DNA of 64,000 bases from Clostridia bacterium (GTDB taxonomy: Bacteria; Bacillota; Clostridia; Oscillospirales; CAG-272): NCBI GenBank assembly GCA_017398585.1, contig JAFQFS010000156.1:33259-97258 (forward strand), read 5' to 3'. The notes below the pieces were generated by a model. The model ran no database searches, was not told where the DNA came from, and was given only the letters and a program-made list of their open reading frames with translations. The position numbers and the translations under genes are program-made. Below are positions 42,621 through 53,315 of the stretch, in pieces (the stretch's first letter is position 1; the number at the start of each line of letters is the position of its first letter).

Positions 42621-44582
42621 ATGTTTACGTTACAGAAGATTTTTATGGACGGCGCGCTGTTTCAGGCGGACGCACGTCTGGTGATTAACGGGAAAGCAGG
42701 CGAAGATGCGGAGATCACCGGTAAGATTTTCAGTGAATCCGGTCTGGTTTCTTCCGCTTCCGCGACGTCGGACGCGGAAGGGAATTTCGCCCTTGAACTG
42801 AAGACTCCTGCGGCTTCCTTCACGAAGTACGACATCTCTCTCCACTGCGGAAAGTGCGGCTGCGATTACACGATGCACGACGTTCTTTTCGGAGAACTCT
42901 GGCTCGCGTCCGGTCAGTCCAATATGGAACTGTCGAATTTCGCCATGACCGACCGGCATAAGCTGTATGAAGAGATCAAGGGAAAGAACATCCGCGTGTA
43001 CCATGTTGATTATCCGGCGTTCGGCGGAGGCGGTGCATTCCCGTGGGAACCCGACCGGATGATGACCGGTTCGTGGATGACGGCGGACGATACGGCAAAG
43101 CTGAACGGTGTGTCCGCACTCGGACTGAAATTCGCGGCGGAACTGTACGACTGGCTGAACGGCGCGGAAGATGTTCCGGTCGGCTTCCTCAACGCAACGT
43201 GGGGCGGCACGTCCATGCCGTCGTGGTTCCCGAAGGATGCCATCGACGCGGACGAATACATGAAGGAACGGATGCAGAAGATCGGCAACTACCCGACGCC
43301 GGAAAACTGGAACAGCCGCGGTGACTGCAACTTCCAGCAGACCTCTTCCCAGTACAATGTCAAGATTGCTCCGCTCGAAGGTGTGAAGGTGCGCGGTGTG
43401 ATCTGGTATCAGGGCGAAAACGAATGCGGCGGCGAATTCTGGACGAAGGCGTACGCGGATTACCTCCGCTTCTATCAGAAAACCTACGCCGAACGCTTCG
43501 GCGCATTCCCGGATTCGTTCATGATGATCTCGTCCCTCATTTATCCGTGGACGTACGGCGGCTCCGGTGAATGCAACGTCGGTTACCTCAACAACGCTTT
43601 CGTTGAAACGGCGAAGGAAGCTCCCGAAAAGTTTGCGGCGGCTCCGATCTGCGACCTTGCGCCCTCGTGGGCGTACCATCAGGCGAACCACCCGATCCAC
43701 CCGACGAACAAATATCCCCTCGGCGAACGTATGGCGAGCCTCGCGCTCGACAACGTCTACGGCAGAGGATGGGAGCAGACCTCTCCCGCGCATCTGACGG
43801 ACTGGGAAATCGTCGGGAACCGCATCCGCCTGAACTTTGCACCGGTCGGATTCGGCCTGTTCGTGGACGGCGAACGTCCGGTCGGTCTGTATGTTGCCGG
43901 GGAGGACGGCATCTATCTCCCCGCAGAATGCGAAATCCATCCGATGTCCGGCACGATGGACGTCTGGTGCGATGCCATCCCGGAACCGAAGCACGCGGCA
44001 TATTCCGTACAGTCGCTTGAACCGTGCTGCAACCTCTGGGGCGGTGCGTACCCGATCTATCCGTTCTTCACCGATAAGGAAAACCGCATCACCATCGAAG
44101 CGCGTCCGTGGTACGACACGTTCCGCACCTCCGTCTGGGGTTCGAAACTCCACGACGACGTGCTCGACCTGTTCTGGCATCCGATCTGGCAGCCCGAAAC
44201 CGGCTCTGAAGTCTGCCCGGATATCGCGTTCACACTCGAGGGACAGAGCGTGCGCGTTTGCTCGGACGACGCGGAATTCGGCTGCTTTGTCAGGTCCTAT
44301 CCGTACAATAAGCTTGACCTTCAGAAATTCGGCAGGCTGACGGTGAACCTGTACAACACGGTGAACCTGAATGCGAAGCTTATTCTCGAATGGGCAAACG
44401 GCGCGCTCGAGATCCCGCTTGAAAAATCCGCCGACCTCTACGGCGGCTGGCACACCTTTGAAGCGGTTCTCGACGGCATTCCGGAAAATGCGGACATCAA
44501 AAAGATGACGTTCCGCTTCTCCCACACCGACTGCCGCTACCACTTCGTCAACCTCGAAAAAGTGAGACTCTGGAAAAAGTAA
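42621..44582 (+). CDS. sialate O-acetylesterase-like (SASA/DUF303) carbohydrate esterase
   Basis: 653 aa. FGELWLASGQSNME and GVIWYQGENE are the SGNH-like SASA signatures. No signal peptide. Confidence 0.8.
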   Translation: MFTLQKIFMDGALFQADARLVINGKAGEDAEITGKIFSESGLVSSASATSDAEGNFALELKTPAASFTKYDISLHCGKCGCDYTMHDVLFGELWLASGQSNMELSNFAMTDRHKLYEEIKGKNIRVYHVDYPAFGGGGAFPWEPDRMMTGSWMTADDTAKLNGVSALGLKFAAELYDWLNGAEDVPVGFLNATWGGTSMPSWFPKDAIDADEYMKERMQKIGNYPTPENWNSRGDCNFQQTSSQYNVKIAPLEGVKVRGVIWYQGENECGGEFWTKAYADYLRFYQKTYAERFGAFPDSFMMISSLIYPWTYGGSGECNVGYLNNAFVETAKEAPEKFAAAPICDLAPSWAYHQANHPIHPTNKYPLGERMASLALDNVYGRGWEQTSPAHLTDWEIVGNRIRLNFAPVGFGLFVDGERPVGLYVAGEDGIYLPAECEIHPMSGTMDVWCDAIPEPKHAAYSVQSLEPCCNLWGGAYPIYPFFTDKENRITIEARPWYDTFRTSVWGSKLHDDVLDLFWHPIWQPETGSEVCPDIAFTLEGQSVRVCSDDAEFGCFVRSYPYNKLDLQKFGRLTVNLYNTVNLNAKLILEWANGALEIPLEKSADLYGGWHTFEAVLDGIPENADIKKMTFRFSHTDCRYHFVNLEKVRLWKK

Positions 44583-44589
44583 TGCACCG

Positions 44590-44621
44590 AAAGCCGGTCC
44601 GTGAGCGCGGACCGGCTTTTT
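44590..44621 (+). terminator. rho-independent terminator after the esterase gene
   Basis: Arms AAAGCCGGTCCG (44590-44601) and CGGACCGGCTTT (44608-44619), running into TTTTT. Confidence 0.7.
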
Positions 44622-44728
44622 CTGCGCAGAATAGGCAAAAATCATTGACAAATTCGTGAAAATCTGTTACAATAACATATTATTAAATGGTTATTATGAA
44701 TCAAAAAATCCCGATCGGAGGGAATTCA

Positions 44729-46276
44729 ATGTTTAAATTATTCATTGCCGTGGTTCTGTCGCTGCTGATGGTTTCCTGCGGAACGGAGACGGATGTCCTG
44801 CCGGAAGAAACGCAGGCGCAGGAAGAAGCCGTTCCCGAGACCGAAGCACCGGAACCGGACTATCTGTTTGAAAGCTTCTTTGAAGCGAAAAAAGCGTTGT
44901 TTGAAGTCGAGGAACTGGAAGGCGACCTTGATCTGTACGAGAAGGAAGGGATCGACCGGTTTATCGCGATCAAGCAGGAAATGAACGCCGTACTCGGTTC
45001 GGATGCGTTCGACCAGGCGATGGCGGAGGACTTTTACGTCCGTCTGGCGGAAGCCAAAAAGGATCTGAAATACATACAGGGCGACATCCCGCGCGTATAC
45101 ATCAAGACGCGCGGCGGACACGGCTGGGTCGACTGGAGCTATCAGCCGTGTGACATCGTGATCGTTTCCGCGGAAGACGAAAAGTATAAGGTCACGGAAG
45201 GAAACGCGGAAATTTCCCTCCGCGGCAACTCGACGGCAGGTGCGCCGAAACAGCCGTTCAACATCCGCTTTGCGGACAAGGTATCGGTGCTCGGCATGGA
45301 CAAGGGCCGCCGCTGGGCGTTCCTCGCGAACCTCTACGACAAATCCCTGATGCGCAACTATATCGCGCACCATCTCGGCGAACGCATGGGACTGCCATAC
45401 ACTTCCAAGTGCCGCTATGCGGACGTTTACATCGACGGAATCTACAAAGGAAATTACACCATTCAGGAACCCGTCACGGACGGCAGCGGACGCGTCGACA
45501 TCGATACGTCGAATTTCGAATACATCTTTGAAATCGACATGAACCGCAACGGCTGCGTGTTCTACATCAACAAGCCGAAGGTCGGTCAGCGGTTCGGCGT
45601 TGTCCGTCCCGAAGCGGTCACGGACGACGACAAGGCGGTCATCAAGGGCTTCTTCGATGAAATGGAAACCGCACTCCTGACCCACGACATGGCGGAATAC
45701 TCGAAGTACATCGACGTGGATTCGTTTGTGAACTTCTACATTCACTCGGAAATCACCAAATCCATCGACGTTTACGACTTCTCAACGAAGTATTTCCTCA
45801 AGGACGGCCTGCTGTATGCCGGTCCGATCTGGGACTATGACCTCGCGATGGGCAATGTTTCGCATACCTGTGCAGAAGAAAAATACTACATATACTGCAA
45901 CAATCCCGGTTACGGTACCGGTTCCGGCGATACCGCGGACGGCGTCTGGATGGACAACTACTGGTTCCACGAACTTCTGCAGGATCCGGAGTTTGTAGAT
46001 CTCGTCGTCAAGCGGTTTGAAGAAATTTATCCGGTTCTCGAAAATCTGTATCAGGACAATGAAATCGGACAGAACGTCATTGACTGGCTGATGGACAATT
46101 ACGGTGCTTCGTTCCTCCGTAACTTCGAAGAAGCGGGATGGAACATCGAGGTTCAGTACAGCGGTCTGGCGAAGAACGAGCAGCTTCCGTACCTCGAAGA
46201 GGTGGAATGGCTGCGCGACTGGCTGAAACGCCGCGTGGAATTTATCGGACTGTATCTGATGGATCTGCAGCAGTAA
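44729..46276 (+). CDS. CotH kinase family lipoprotein
   Basis: Start at MFKLFIAVVLSLLMVSCG, a lipobox-like signal. ISLRGNSTAGAPKQPFNIRF...GRRWAFLANLYDKSLMRNYIAHHLGERMGLP is the CotH core. Confidence 0.8.
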   Translation: MFKLFIAVVLSLLMVSCGTETDVLPEETQAQEEAVPETEAPEPDYLFESFFEAKKALFEVEELEGDLDLYEKEGIDRFIAIKQEMNAVLGSDAFDQAMAEDFYVRLAEAKKDLKYIQGDIPRVYIKTRGGHGWVDWSYQPCDIVIVSAEDEKYKVTEGNAEISLRGNSTAGAPKQPFNIRFADKVSVLGMDKGRRWAFLANLYDKSLMRNYIAHHLGERMGLPYTSKCRYADVYIDGIYKGNYTIQEPVTDGSGRVDIDTSNFEYIFEIDMNRNGCVFYINKPKVGQRFGVVRPEAVTDDDKAVIKGFFDEMETALLTHDMAEYSKYIDVDSFVNFYIHSEITKSIDVYDFSTKYFLKDGLLYAGPIWDYDLAMGNVSHTCAEEKYYIYCNNPGYGTGSGDTADGVWMDNYWFHELLQDPEFVDLVVKRFEEIYPVLENLYQDNEIGQNVIDWLMDNYGASFLRNFEEAGWNIEVQYSGLAKNEQLPYLEEVEWLRDWLKRRVEFIGLYLMDLQQ

Positions 46277-46307
46277 ACAAAATTTGACGGATTGGAGGCC
46301 AGACTTC

Positions 46308-46964
46308 ATGACGGCGGAGAAAAAGAAGAATGTGCATGCCGGGCACCGCAGACGGATGCGCGAACGGTTTCTCAATGGCGGACTGACGATGTTCGAACCG
46401 CATGAAGTTCTGGAACTGCTTCTGTTTGAGTTTATTCCCGTTGTGAACACGAATCCGATCGGTCATGCGCTCATCGATGCGTTCGGCAGTGTGAAAGGCG
46501 TGCTGACGGCACCATACAGTGAATTGGTGAAGGTTCCCGGCATCGGGCCGAAGGCGGCGGAAGGCATCCTGAGTATTTATCCCTTCGTGTCGAACGATAT
46601 CTGCGACTGGTTCCGGAGGGAAGGTGCGCTGACGCGGTATGACCTTGCTTTCCTTGCCGACTGGTTCATGGACTGGACACCTGCGGGAAGCGCGGGAATC
46701 GTCCTGTGCGGAAAGGACCGCCGGTTTCATGATTTTGTCCGGCTGAGAGTCAGTCCGGACGATTTGCTGTTCGATTTCGGAAGGCAGATCATCCAATCGG
46801 CAAAGGGACTGAATTACTATCTGCTGATCAAGGAGGATTACAGCCTTCTTTCCCGTGAAAAAGCGCAGGTTCTGCGTACGATCACCGGACGCGGACATGC
46901 CTACCTTCTGGATGTCTTTGTTCTCGAGGGATTCCGGCCGAATTCCATTATTTACGGACGTTAA
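46308..46964 (+). CDS. RadC-like protein with degenerate JAB/MPN domain
   Basis: HRRRMRERFLNGGLTMFEPHEVLELLLFEF...FGSVKGVLTAPYSELVKVPGIGPKAAEGI is the RadC N-terminal HhH region. LLIKEDYS occupies the expected position of the HNHPSG motif. Confidence 0.6.
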   Translation: MTAEKKKNVHAGHRRRMRERFLNGGLTMFEPHEVLELLLFEFIPVVNTNPIGHALIDAFGSVKGVLTAPYSELVKVPGIGPKAAEGILSIYPFVSNDICDWFRREGALTRYDLAFLADWFMDWTPAGSAGIVLCGKDRRFHDFVRLRVSPDDLLFDFGRQIIQSAKGLNYYLLIKEDYSLLSREKAQVLRTITGRGHAYLLDVFVLEGFRPNSIIYGR

Positions 46965-46970
46965 CCTTCA

Positions 46971-47015
46971 AGCCCCTTACCGTTTTTCAAAAACGGCAAG
47001 GGGCTTTGTTTGTTT
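46971..47015. terminator. bidirectional terminator between radC-like and FAD/Rieske genes
   Basis: 17-bp stem AGCCCCTTACCGTTTTT / AAAAACGGCAAGGGGCT with one mismatch, then TTGTTTGTTTT. Confidence 0.65.
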
Positions 47016-48442
47016 TATTCCATTGCGATGCCGTGCCCGGCGGGATTCGAAAGGCATTTGCCCGTGTAATCGAAGCGGGAGCCGTGACAGGGACAGTCCC
47101 ATGTTTTTTCTTCCGGATTCCACTCAAGCGAACAGCCAAGATGCGGACAGCGCAGTCCGACGACGTGGAGCTGTCCGTTCTCATCGCGGTATGCGCCGGC
47201 ACGTTTGCCGTGATAATTGATGATCTCCGCGTGACCGCAGGCGATTTCGCTTGCGTAACGGTCGGGCGGCGCGGACATTGTGCGCATCGCTCCGCCTACG
47301 GCGGTGGACATGTGTTCCGTGAAATGGGATGTCCCTCCGCGCAGAAAATTACGGTAGGGTGAGAAAATATCGTCATACCATACACCGTTTCCGCAGATCT
47401 GTTCCGCAAGGATGACGGCGGCTGCTGCGGAATTGGTCATCCCCCATGCGCCGTATCCGCAGGCGATACGGATTCCGCAGCGGAGCGCACCAACATAGGG
47501 GATGCCGTCGTGGGTGTAGCCGTCGTTGTTCGACCACTGCCGGACGATTTCGATCTCTCCGACCGCCGCCTCCTTTGCTGCGCGGAGCAGACGTTCGCCT
47601 GCATTCGGAGACGCCGCACCGCGGTGGGTCTCGCCGCTCACGATCAGAAGTTTGCCGTTCTGCGCGTACCGGTAGCCGAAACCGCCGTCCGCGCCGAACG
47701 CCATCACGTCCTCCATGCGGAATCCGCCCTCGCACCGTACCGCGACCGCATAGGAGGCCTTGCGGGCGAGCTTCAGCGGGAGCGTTCCCTCGTGGAAGAC
47801 GGGGTAGTTCGTCGCGGCGATGACGTGCGCGGCAGAGACGGTGTGTCCGCAGCAGGTGAGAGAATGACGTCCGGCGGCGGTGACGGGAGCATGTTCGAAG
47901 ACCCGGAACGTTCCCGCACTGCACAGTGTATGCACTACTTCGACCGGGTCGAGTGCAAGCTGTCCGGGAAGGCGGACGGCGCCCGTCACGGGGAAGGGAA
48001 GAGGAGCGTGGTCGAGGTATTCGCAGTCGATGCCGTTTTTCCGCATTGCGAGAAACTCGCGCCGCAGCCGCCGTTCGCCGTGGATGGCGTAGAGGTACAT
48101 GGTACGGGCATCGCTGCCGTCGGTGAGGCTATGCAGAAAGCGCAGTCCGGCAAGATTCGCGGCGGCGTATTTCCGTGATACCTCGGGTGAGATTTTTTCC
48201 GTGAGGGTGGAGTAGGACGTTTCGTGCGCGACGGTTGCTTTCGCGGTGCTTCGGGCGGTTTTGCTTCCTTCGTGCGCGACGGTCTGTTCCTCAAACAGCG
48301 CAACGGACAGTCCGCGTGCGGCAAGGGCATGTGCACAGAGAACGCCGGTGAGCCCGCCGCCGATGATCGCCGCGTCGCAGGTGAGATCGCCGTCCGGCGG
48401 GGAATGAGGGGTGTATCTGCCGAAATTCCAGATTTTGTTCAT
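47015..48442 (-). CDS. FAD-dependent oxidoreductase fused to C-terminal Rieske [2Fe-2S] domain
   Basis: Start at the ATG at 48442 (MNKIWNFGRY). DAAIIGGGLTGVLCA is the dinucleotide-binding motif. CPHLGCSLEW...CPCHGSRFD is the Rieske CxH...CxxH. Confidence 0.8.
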   Translation of the reverse strand: MNKIWNFGRYTPHSPPDGDLTCDAAIIGGGLTGVLCAHALAARGLSVALFEEQTVAHEGSKTARSTAKATVAHETSYSTLTEKISPEVSRKYAAANLAGLRFLHSLTDGSDARTMYLYAIHGERRLRREFLAMRKNGIDCEYLDHAPLPFPVTGAVRLPGQLALDPVEVVHTLCSAGTFRVFEHAPVTAAGRHSLTCCGHTVSAAHVIAATNYPVFHEGTLPLKLARKASYAVAVRCEGGFRMEDVMAFGADGGFGYRYAQNGKLLIVSGETHRGAASPNAGERLLRAAKEAAVGEIEIVRQWSNNDGYTHDGIPYVGALRCGIRIACGYGAWGMTNSAAAAVILAEQICGNGVWYDDIFSPYRNFLRGGTSHFTEHMSTAVGGAMRTMSAPPDRYASEIACGHAEIINYHGKRAGAYRDENGQLHVVGLRCPHLGCSLEWNPEEKTWDCPCHGSRFDYTGKCLSNPAGHGIAME

Positions 48443-48565
48443 AGTATAAAAATTCTCCCTGTTTCTGGAGGTATGATATCGTACAGATAGTGTACCCGAT
48501 TCGTGAAAAAATATAAATAAACGCAATTAATTATTGCGCGGAACAGTATTTTTAAAAAATACTTC

Positions 48566-48594
48566 TTGACTTTATCTCCCCGTCCGATTATAAT
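48566..48594 (+). promoter_or_regulatory. consensus sigma-A promoter for rny
   Basis: TTGACT (48566-48571), 17-nt spacer, TATAAT (48589-48594). Confidence 0.6.
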
Positions 48595-48730
48595 ATTATT
48601 AAGTATGTTTTTAATAATCCCGCCAGTGCGGTTTGGTTACAGACATATCAAAAATATAATCATAAAGCTAAAAAGCGAAAGGTGAAAGCCCATGCAGAAC
48701 AAAGTTCAGACAAACAAAGGGGGGAACGGG

Positions 48731-50278
48731 ATGATACCAGCCGTCATTGCAGCAATCATTGCAGGCGTTGTCGGCATCGGTGCAGGTTTCCTGTGCGGTG
48801 TCGTATATCGCAAGAAGGTTGCGGAAGCCGAAATCGGTTCCGCTGAAACACAGGCAAGAAAAATTCTTGAGGAAGGTATCAAGGCCGCCGAAACCAAGAA
48901 GAAAGAAGCCCTGCTCGAAGCAAAAGAAGAAATCCTCCAGACGAAGAACGAGTTCGAAAAAGAACTCAAGGATCGCCGCAATGAACTGACCCGTCAGGAA
49001 CGCCGCGTGACCTCCAAGGAAGAAACCCTCGACCGCAAGATCGAATCCGCAGAACGGAAAGACGAAAATCTCCAGAAGAAACTCAAGGAAACCACCGAAC
49101 TCAACGAGTCCATTGAAAAGATCAAGGCAGAACAGTACGAAACTCTTCAGAAGATCGCCGGCATGACCGCCGAAGAAGCGACCGCGAAACTGATCGCACA
49201 GCTCGAAGGCGAAATCAAGCACGAACAGGCGAAGAAGATCGTCGAACTGGAAGAAGAATTCAAGGAAGTTGCCGACGAAAAGGCGAAGGACATCATTGCA
49301 CTGGCCGTTCAGAGATGCGCTGCCGATCATGTATCCGAAATCACCGTTTCCGTCGTACCGCTTCCGGGCGAAGAAATGAAGGGACGCATCATCGGACGTG
49401 AAGGGCGCAACATCCGCACGATCGAAACGCTTACCGGCGTCGACCTCATTATCGACGATACCCCCGAAGCAATTACCGTCTCAAGTTTTGATCCCGTTCG
49501 CCGCGAGATCGCGAGACTTGCTCTCGAAAAGCTTATCTCCGACGGACGGATCCATCCGACCAGAATCGAAGAAATGGTCGAAAAGGCACGCCGCGAAGTG
49601 GAAACCACCATCAAGCAGGCGGGTGAACGTGCCGTATTCGATACCGGCATCCACGGCATGAACACGGAACTCGTGAAGCTGCTCGGACGCCTGAAGTACC
49701 GTACCAGTTACGGTCAGAATGTACTCGGTCACTCCGTGGAAGTCGCACTCCTCTCCGGCATGATCGCCGACGAGCTGGGTGTTGACAGCACATTGGCAAA
49801 GAGAGCCGGTCTCCTCCACGATATCGGCAAGGCACTTACTCAGGAAGTCGAAGGTTCCCATGTACAGCTCGGCGTGGAAATCGCAAGAAAGTACAAGGAA
49901 TCCAAGGAAATCATCCACGCGATCGAAGCACACCACGGCGACGTGGAAGCACAGTCGATCACCGCACTGATCGTACAGGCAGCGGACGCAATCTCCGCGG
50001 CAAGACCCGGTGCGAGACGTGAAAACCTCGAAAACTACATCAAGAGACTGAACAAGCTCGAAGAAATCGCAAACGAATTTGAAGGCGTTGAAAAATCCTT
50101 CGCAATTCAGGCGGGACGTGAAATCCGCATCATGGTAAAGCCGGAGGTTGTCAACGACGATCAGATGGTGATTGTGGCGCGTGACATTGTCAAGAAGATT
50201 GAAAACGAGCTGGAATATCCCGGACAGATCAAGGTCCACATGATCCGCGAAAGCCGCGCGATCGATTACGCAAAATAA
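48731..50278 (+). CDS. rny: ribonuclease Y
   Basis: N-terminal TM helix [21 protein letters not shown], a coiled-coil, a KH domain ([15 protein letters not shown]) and an HD domain ([12 protein letters not shown]). The track ORF starts 13 codons earlier. Confidence 0.9.
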   Translation: MIPAVIAAIIAGVVGIGAGFLCGVVYRKKVAEAEIGSAETQARKILEEGIKAAETKKKEALLEAKEEILQTKNEFEKELKDRRNELTRQERRVTSKEETLDRKIESAERKDENLQKKLKETTELNESIEKIKAEQYETLQKIAGMTAEEATAKLIAQLEGEIKHEQAKKIVELEEEFKEVADEKAKDIIALAVQRCAADHVSEITVSVVPLPGEEMKGRIIGREGRNIRTIETLTGVDLIIDDTPEAITVSSFDPVRREIARLALEKLISDGRIHPTRIEEMVEKARREVETTIKQAGERAVFDTGIHGMNTELVKLLGRLKYRTSYGQNVLGHSVEVALLSGMIADELGVDSTLAKRAGLLHDIGKALTQEVEGSHVQLGVEIARKYKESKEIIHAIEAHHGDVEAQSITALIVQAADAISAARPGARRENLENYIKRLNKLEEIANEFEGVEKSFAIQAGREIRIMVKPEVVNDDQMVIVARDIVKKIENELEYPGQIKVHMIRESRAIDYAK

Positions 50279-50382
50279 ATTTTGCTGAATAAACACGAAA
50301 ACACTGCCGCCTGCGGCTCTATATAAAACAATATCATATCGTTTGTATCATATAGTTGATATATAGAACTTTTCGTAAAGAA

Positions 50383-50420
50383 AACCCCGCCTTATGGTCA
50401 TAAGACGGGGTTTGTTTTTT
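50383..50420 (+). terminator. rho-independent terminator of rny
   Basis: Arms AACCCCGCCTTA (50383-50394) and TAAGACGGGGTT (50401-50412) with one mismatch, then TGTTTTTT. Confidence 0.65.
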
Positions 50421-50473
50421 CGGTTTGCACAATATCTTGTTCTATGTTTGTTTCAAAGTTTTTTGAAAGGGGT

Positions 50474-50510
50474 CCGGGGAAAACTTTTTCGAAAAAAAGT
50501 TTTCCCCGGG
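50474..50510. repeat. GGGGAAAAC-TTTTT/AAAAA-GTTTTCCCC palindrome, family copy 3; likely nagB terminator
   Basis: CCGGGGAAAACTTTTTCGAAAAAAAGTTTTCCCCGGG lies directly downstream of the nagB stop on the minus strand. Confidence 0.7.
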
Positions 50511-50518
50511 AACTTTTT

Positions 50519-51304
50519 TTACTTTTCGTTCTTGTAGATTTCCTTGAAGTACTTGTAGGTGTCAACCTTGAGTTCGCCGCATGCAGCTTCGTCGCAGGCA
50601 ACGATTCCGTCCGGATGCATCTGGAGAGCGGAGATGGTCCATGCGTGGTCAACGCCGCCTTCAACGCAGTGACGGAGAGCGCGGGCCTTGTTGTGGCCGC
50701 TGATGAGCAGGAGAACCTGCTTGGAGTCGCAGACGGTGCCTACGCCAACGGAAAGAGCGGTCTTCGGAACCTTGTCGGGGTCGTTGCCGAAGAAGCGGGA
50801 GTTGACGAGAAGGGTGTCTTCGGTCAGAGCGCGTACGCCGGTGCGGGAAACGAGAGAGGTGAAGGGTTCGTTGAACGCGATGTGGCCGTCAACACCGGAG
50901 CCGCCCATGAAGAGGTCGATGCCGCCGTAGGAAGCGATCTTGTCTTCGTAGCGCTGGCATTCCGCTTCGAGATCTTCCGCCATACCGTTGAGGATGTTGA
51001 TGTTTTCTGCGGGGATGTCGATGTGGTTGAAGAAATTGTCGTGCATGAAGTACCAGTAGCTCTGGTCGTGTTCGCGGGGGAGACCAACGTATTCGTCCAT
51101 GTTGAAGGTTACGACGTTCTTGAAGGTCACTTCGCCGGCCTTGTTCATTTCGATGAGGCGCTTGTAAACGCCGAGCGGGGAGGAACCGGTGGGCAGACCG
51201 AGAACGAAGGGACGGTCTTCCTTGTGTGCGTTGATTGCGGCAGCGATGTGCTGTGCAGCCCATTCGCACATTGCATTGTAGTCATTCTTGATGATCAGTT
51301 TCAT
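50519..51304 (-). CDS. nagB: glucosamine-6-phosphate deaminase
   Basis: 261 aa. [28 protein letters not shown] and [21 protein letters not shown]. Confidence 0.93.
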   Translation of the reverse strand: MKLIIKNDYNAMCEWAAQHIAAAINAHKEDRPFVLGLPTGSSPLGVYKRLIEMNKAGEVTFKNVVTFNMDEYVGLPREHDQSYWYFMHDNFFNHIDIPAENINILNGMAEDLEAECQRYEDKIASYGGIDLFMGGSGVDGHIAFNEPFTSLVSRTGVRALTEDTLLVNSRFFGNDPDKVPKTALSVGVGTVCDSKQVLLLISGHNKARALRHCVEGGVDHAWTISALQMHPDGIVACDEAACGELKVDTYKYFKEIYKNEK

Positions 51305-51555
51305 TTGCAGTCACACTCCATATCAGATTAAAAGCCTTCCGTCTTTCAAAAAGCAGAGGCTTTATCATTATCAAGTATACTCCATACGGGGGAGGTTTTC
51401 AAGGGTTTCCCGAAAGAATTTACACTTTTTGATGTGCATTTCTCGGCAGGCGGAAAATTTCCTTGAAAAAAGTTCCGGGAACACGGAACAAAATGCCGCG
51501 GCGGAACGTCTAAAAAATAACAGAATTGTACGGAAATATCTGACAGGAGGTTTGT

Positions 51556-53307
51556 ATGAAAAAATTAACGAAATTCGCGGCCCTGCTTCTTGCGGCGGTC
51601 GTCTGCGCCGGTACGGCAGCGGCGGAAACGATTGCCGAAAACGGCGTGACCTATGAGTCCGCCAAGGTGGACAGCCACCGGCTTGTCCGCTATTCGCCCG
51701 ATAAACCGGAGACGGAATTCACGATTGCGGACACTTCGGTGGATGCTTACGCCTTTGAGGGAGCGGAAAATCTTCAGAAAATCACGATCGGTGACGGGGT
51801 TTTCTACATCGGGGAGTATGCCTTCAAGGACTGTACGTCGCTGAAGGAGGTCGTGATCGACAAAACGTGGGGCGGCGTGGTCATTCCGGAAAATGCGTTT
51901 GACGGATGCACGTCCCTTGACCCGGCGGTGGTTGCAGAACTTTGCTGGGAGAATCCGTTCCACGATGTTTATCCGCAGGAGCGGTATTACGATGCCGTGA
52001 AGTTTGTCCATAAAAACGGAATCATGAACGGCATGTCGGACGACCGGTTTGCACCCGACACCGGTATGACCCGCGCGATGTTCGTGACCGTTCTCGGACG
52101 TCTCACCGGCGTGGGAACGGACAAAGTGCAGCTGGAATACGATCCGCTGACCGGACTTGCGGTTTCGGAAGGACCGGTACAGTTCTATTTCCACGACGTG
52201 GATTATGAAAGCTGGTACGGACCGTATGTGGACTGGGCGGCGGCGACCGGACTGGTTGAGGGTTACGGAAACGGGAAATTCGGCGTGGACGACAACGTGA
52301 CGATCGAGCAGGCGGCGGTGATCCTGTGCCGGTATGCAAAATTGATCGAAACTCCGCTGTACGATATGGAAGCGGACTACACCGACACGGACGAAATTTC
52401 CGCATGGGCGGATAACGCAATGCGCTGGGTCACGGCAACGGACATCTACACCGGCTATGACGGCGAACTCCGTCCGAAGCAGAATGCACCGCGTGCACTG
52501 GTGGCGGAAATGCTGTACAATTATGTGCGCGAGACGGAAAAGCCCGATGAAATCCCGGAAAAGAAGATTTCCGAGGTGGAAAATCCCGACTGGGGACTTA
52601 CGCTGACAGCTTCCAATGTGACTTCCACGGGAATGACGCTGACGTTCACGCAGTCCGGAGGAAATGTGAACGACGATTATTTGAATTCCGGATCGTACTA
52701 TTATATTGAGACTTACAAAGACGGTCAGTGGACGGAGATTGAACCGAAAATCAGACTCAATGCATGGACGGAAGAAGGATGGCCGATTCCGCTGAACGGC
52801 GAGTTTGTGATTGACACTTCGTGGGAACCTCTGTACGGTGAGCTTCCGGTTGGACAGTACCGCATGGGGAAGCGGGTGAGTGACGATTGGAATTACGCGA
52901 CGTTCTACGCGGAATTCACAATTGTTGATCCGGCAGAAGATGACTGGGGAATGAATGTTCATGCAGAAGGTGCAGCGCCGTACGGGCTGACCCTTGTGTT
53001 TACGTTCTCGGGTAAAAAGCCGGACGGTGACCTTCAGCACGGAAGCGATTATATTCTGGAACAACGGAAAAACGGTGAATGGCTGCCCGTCTCGGAAAAA
53101 CCGTTTGATTTTACCGCAGAGGCAATCGTTTTTCTTCCGAAGGAGATCGAGGAAGTTCCGGAAAAAGTGGAGTGGGCGGTTGACTGGACAAATTTGTATG
53201 GAGAACTTCCGGCAGGAGAGTACCGGATTGTCAAGGAAATCATGAATTTTCGTGGCGGAGATGATTATGATACAAAAACCTTCTACGCGGAATTCACCAT
53301 CGAATAA
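51556..53307 (+). CDS. secreted cell-wall protein with BspA-type LRR and S-layer homology (SLH) domains
   Basis: Signal peptide MKKLTKFAALLLAAVVCAGTAAA. LRR stretch YAFEGAENLQKITIGDGVFYIGEYAFKDCTSLKEVVI. SLH stretch FHDVYPQERYYDAVKFVHKNGIMNGMSDDRFAPDTGMTRAMFVTVLGRL. Confidence 0.75.
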   Translation: MKKLTKFAALLLAAVVCAGTAAAETIAENGVTYESAKVDSHRLVRYSPDKPETEFTIADTSVDAYAFEGAENLQKITIGDGVFYIGEYAFKDCTSLKEVVIDKTWGGVVIPENAFDGCTSLDPAVVAELCWENPFHDVYPQERYYDAVKFVHKNGIMNGMSDDRFAPDTGMTRAMFVTVLGRLTGVGTDKVQLEYDPLTGLAVSEGPVQFYFHDVDYESWYGPYVDWAAATGLVEGYGNGKFGVDDNVTIEQAAVILCRYAKLIETPLYDMEADYTDTDEISAWADNAMRWVTATDIYTGYDGELRPKQNAPRALVAEMLYNYVRETEKPDEIPEKKISEVENPDWGLTLTASNVTSTGMTLTFTQSGGNVNDDYLNSGSYYYIETYKDGQWTEIEPKIRLNAWTEEGWPIPLNGEFVIDTSWEPLYGELPVGQYRMGKRVSDDWNYATFYAEFTIVDPAEDDWGMNVHAEGAAPYGLTLVFTFSGKKPDGDLQHGSDYILEQRKNGEWLPVSEKPFDFTAEAIVFLPKEIEEVPEKVEWAVDWTNLYGELPAGEYRIVKEIMNFRGGDDYDTKTFYAEFTIE

Positions 53308-53315
53308 ACAACAAA

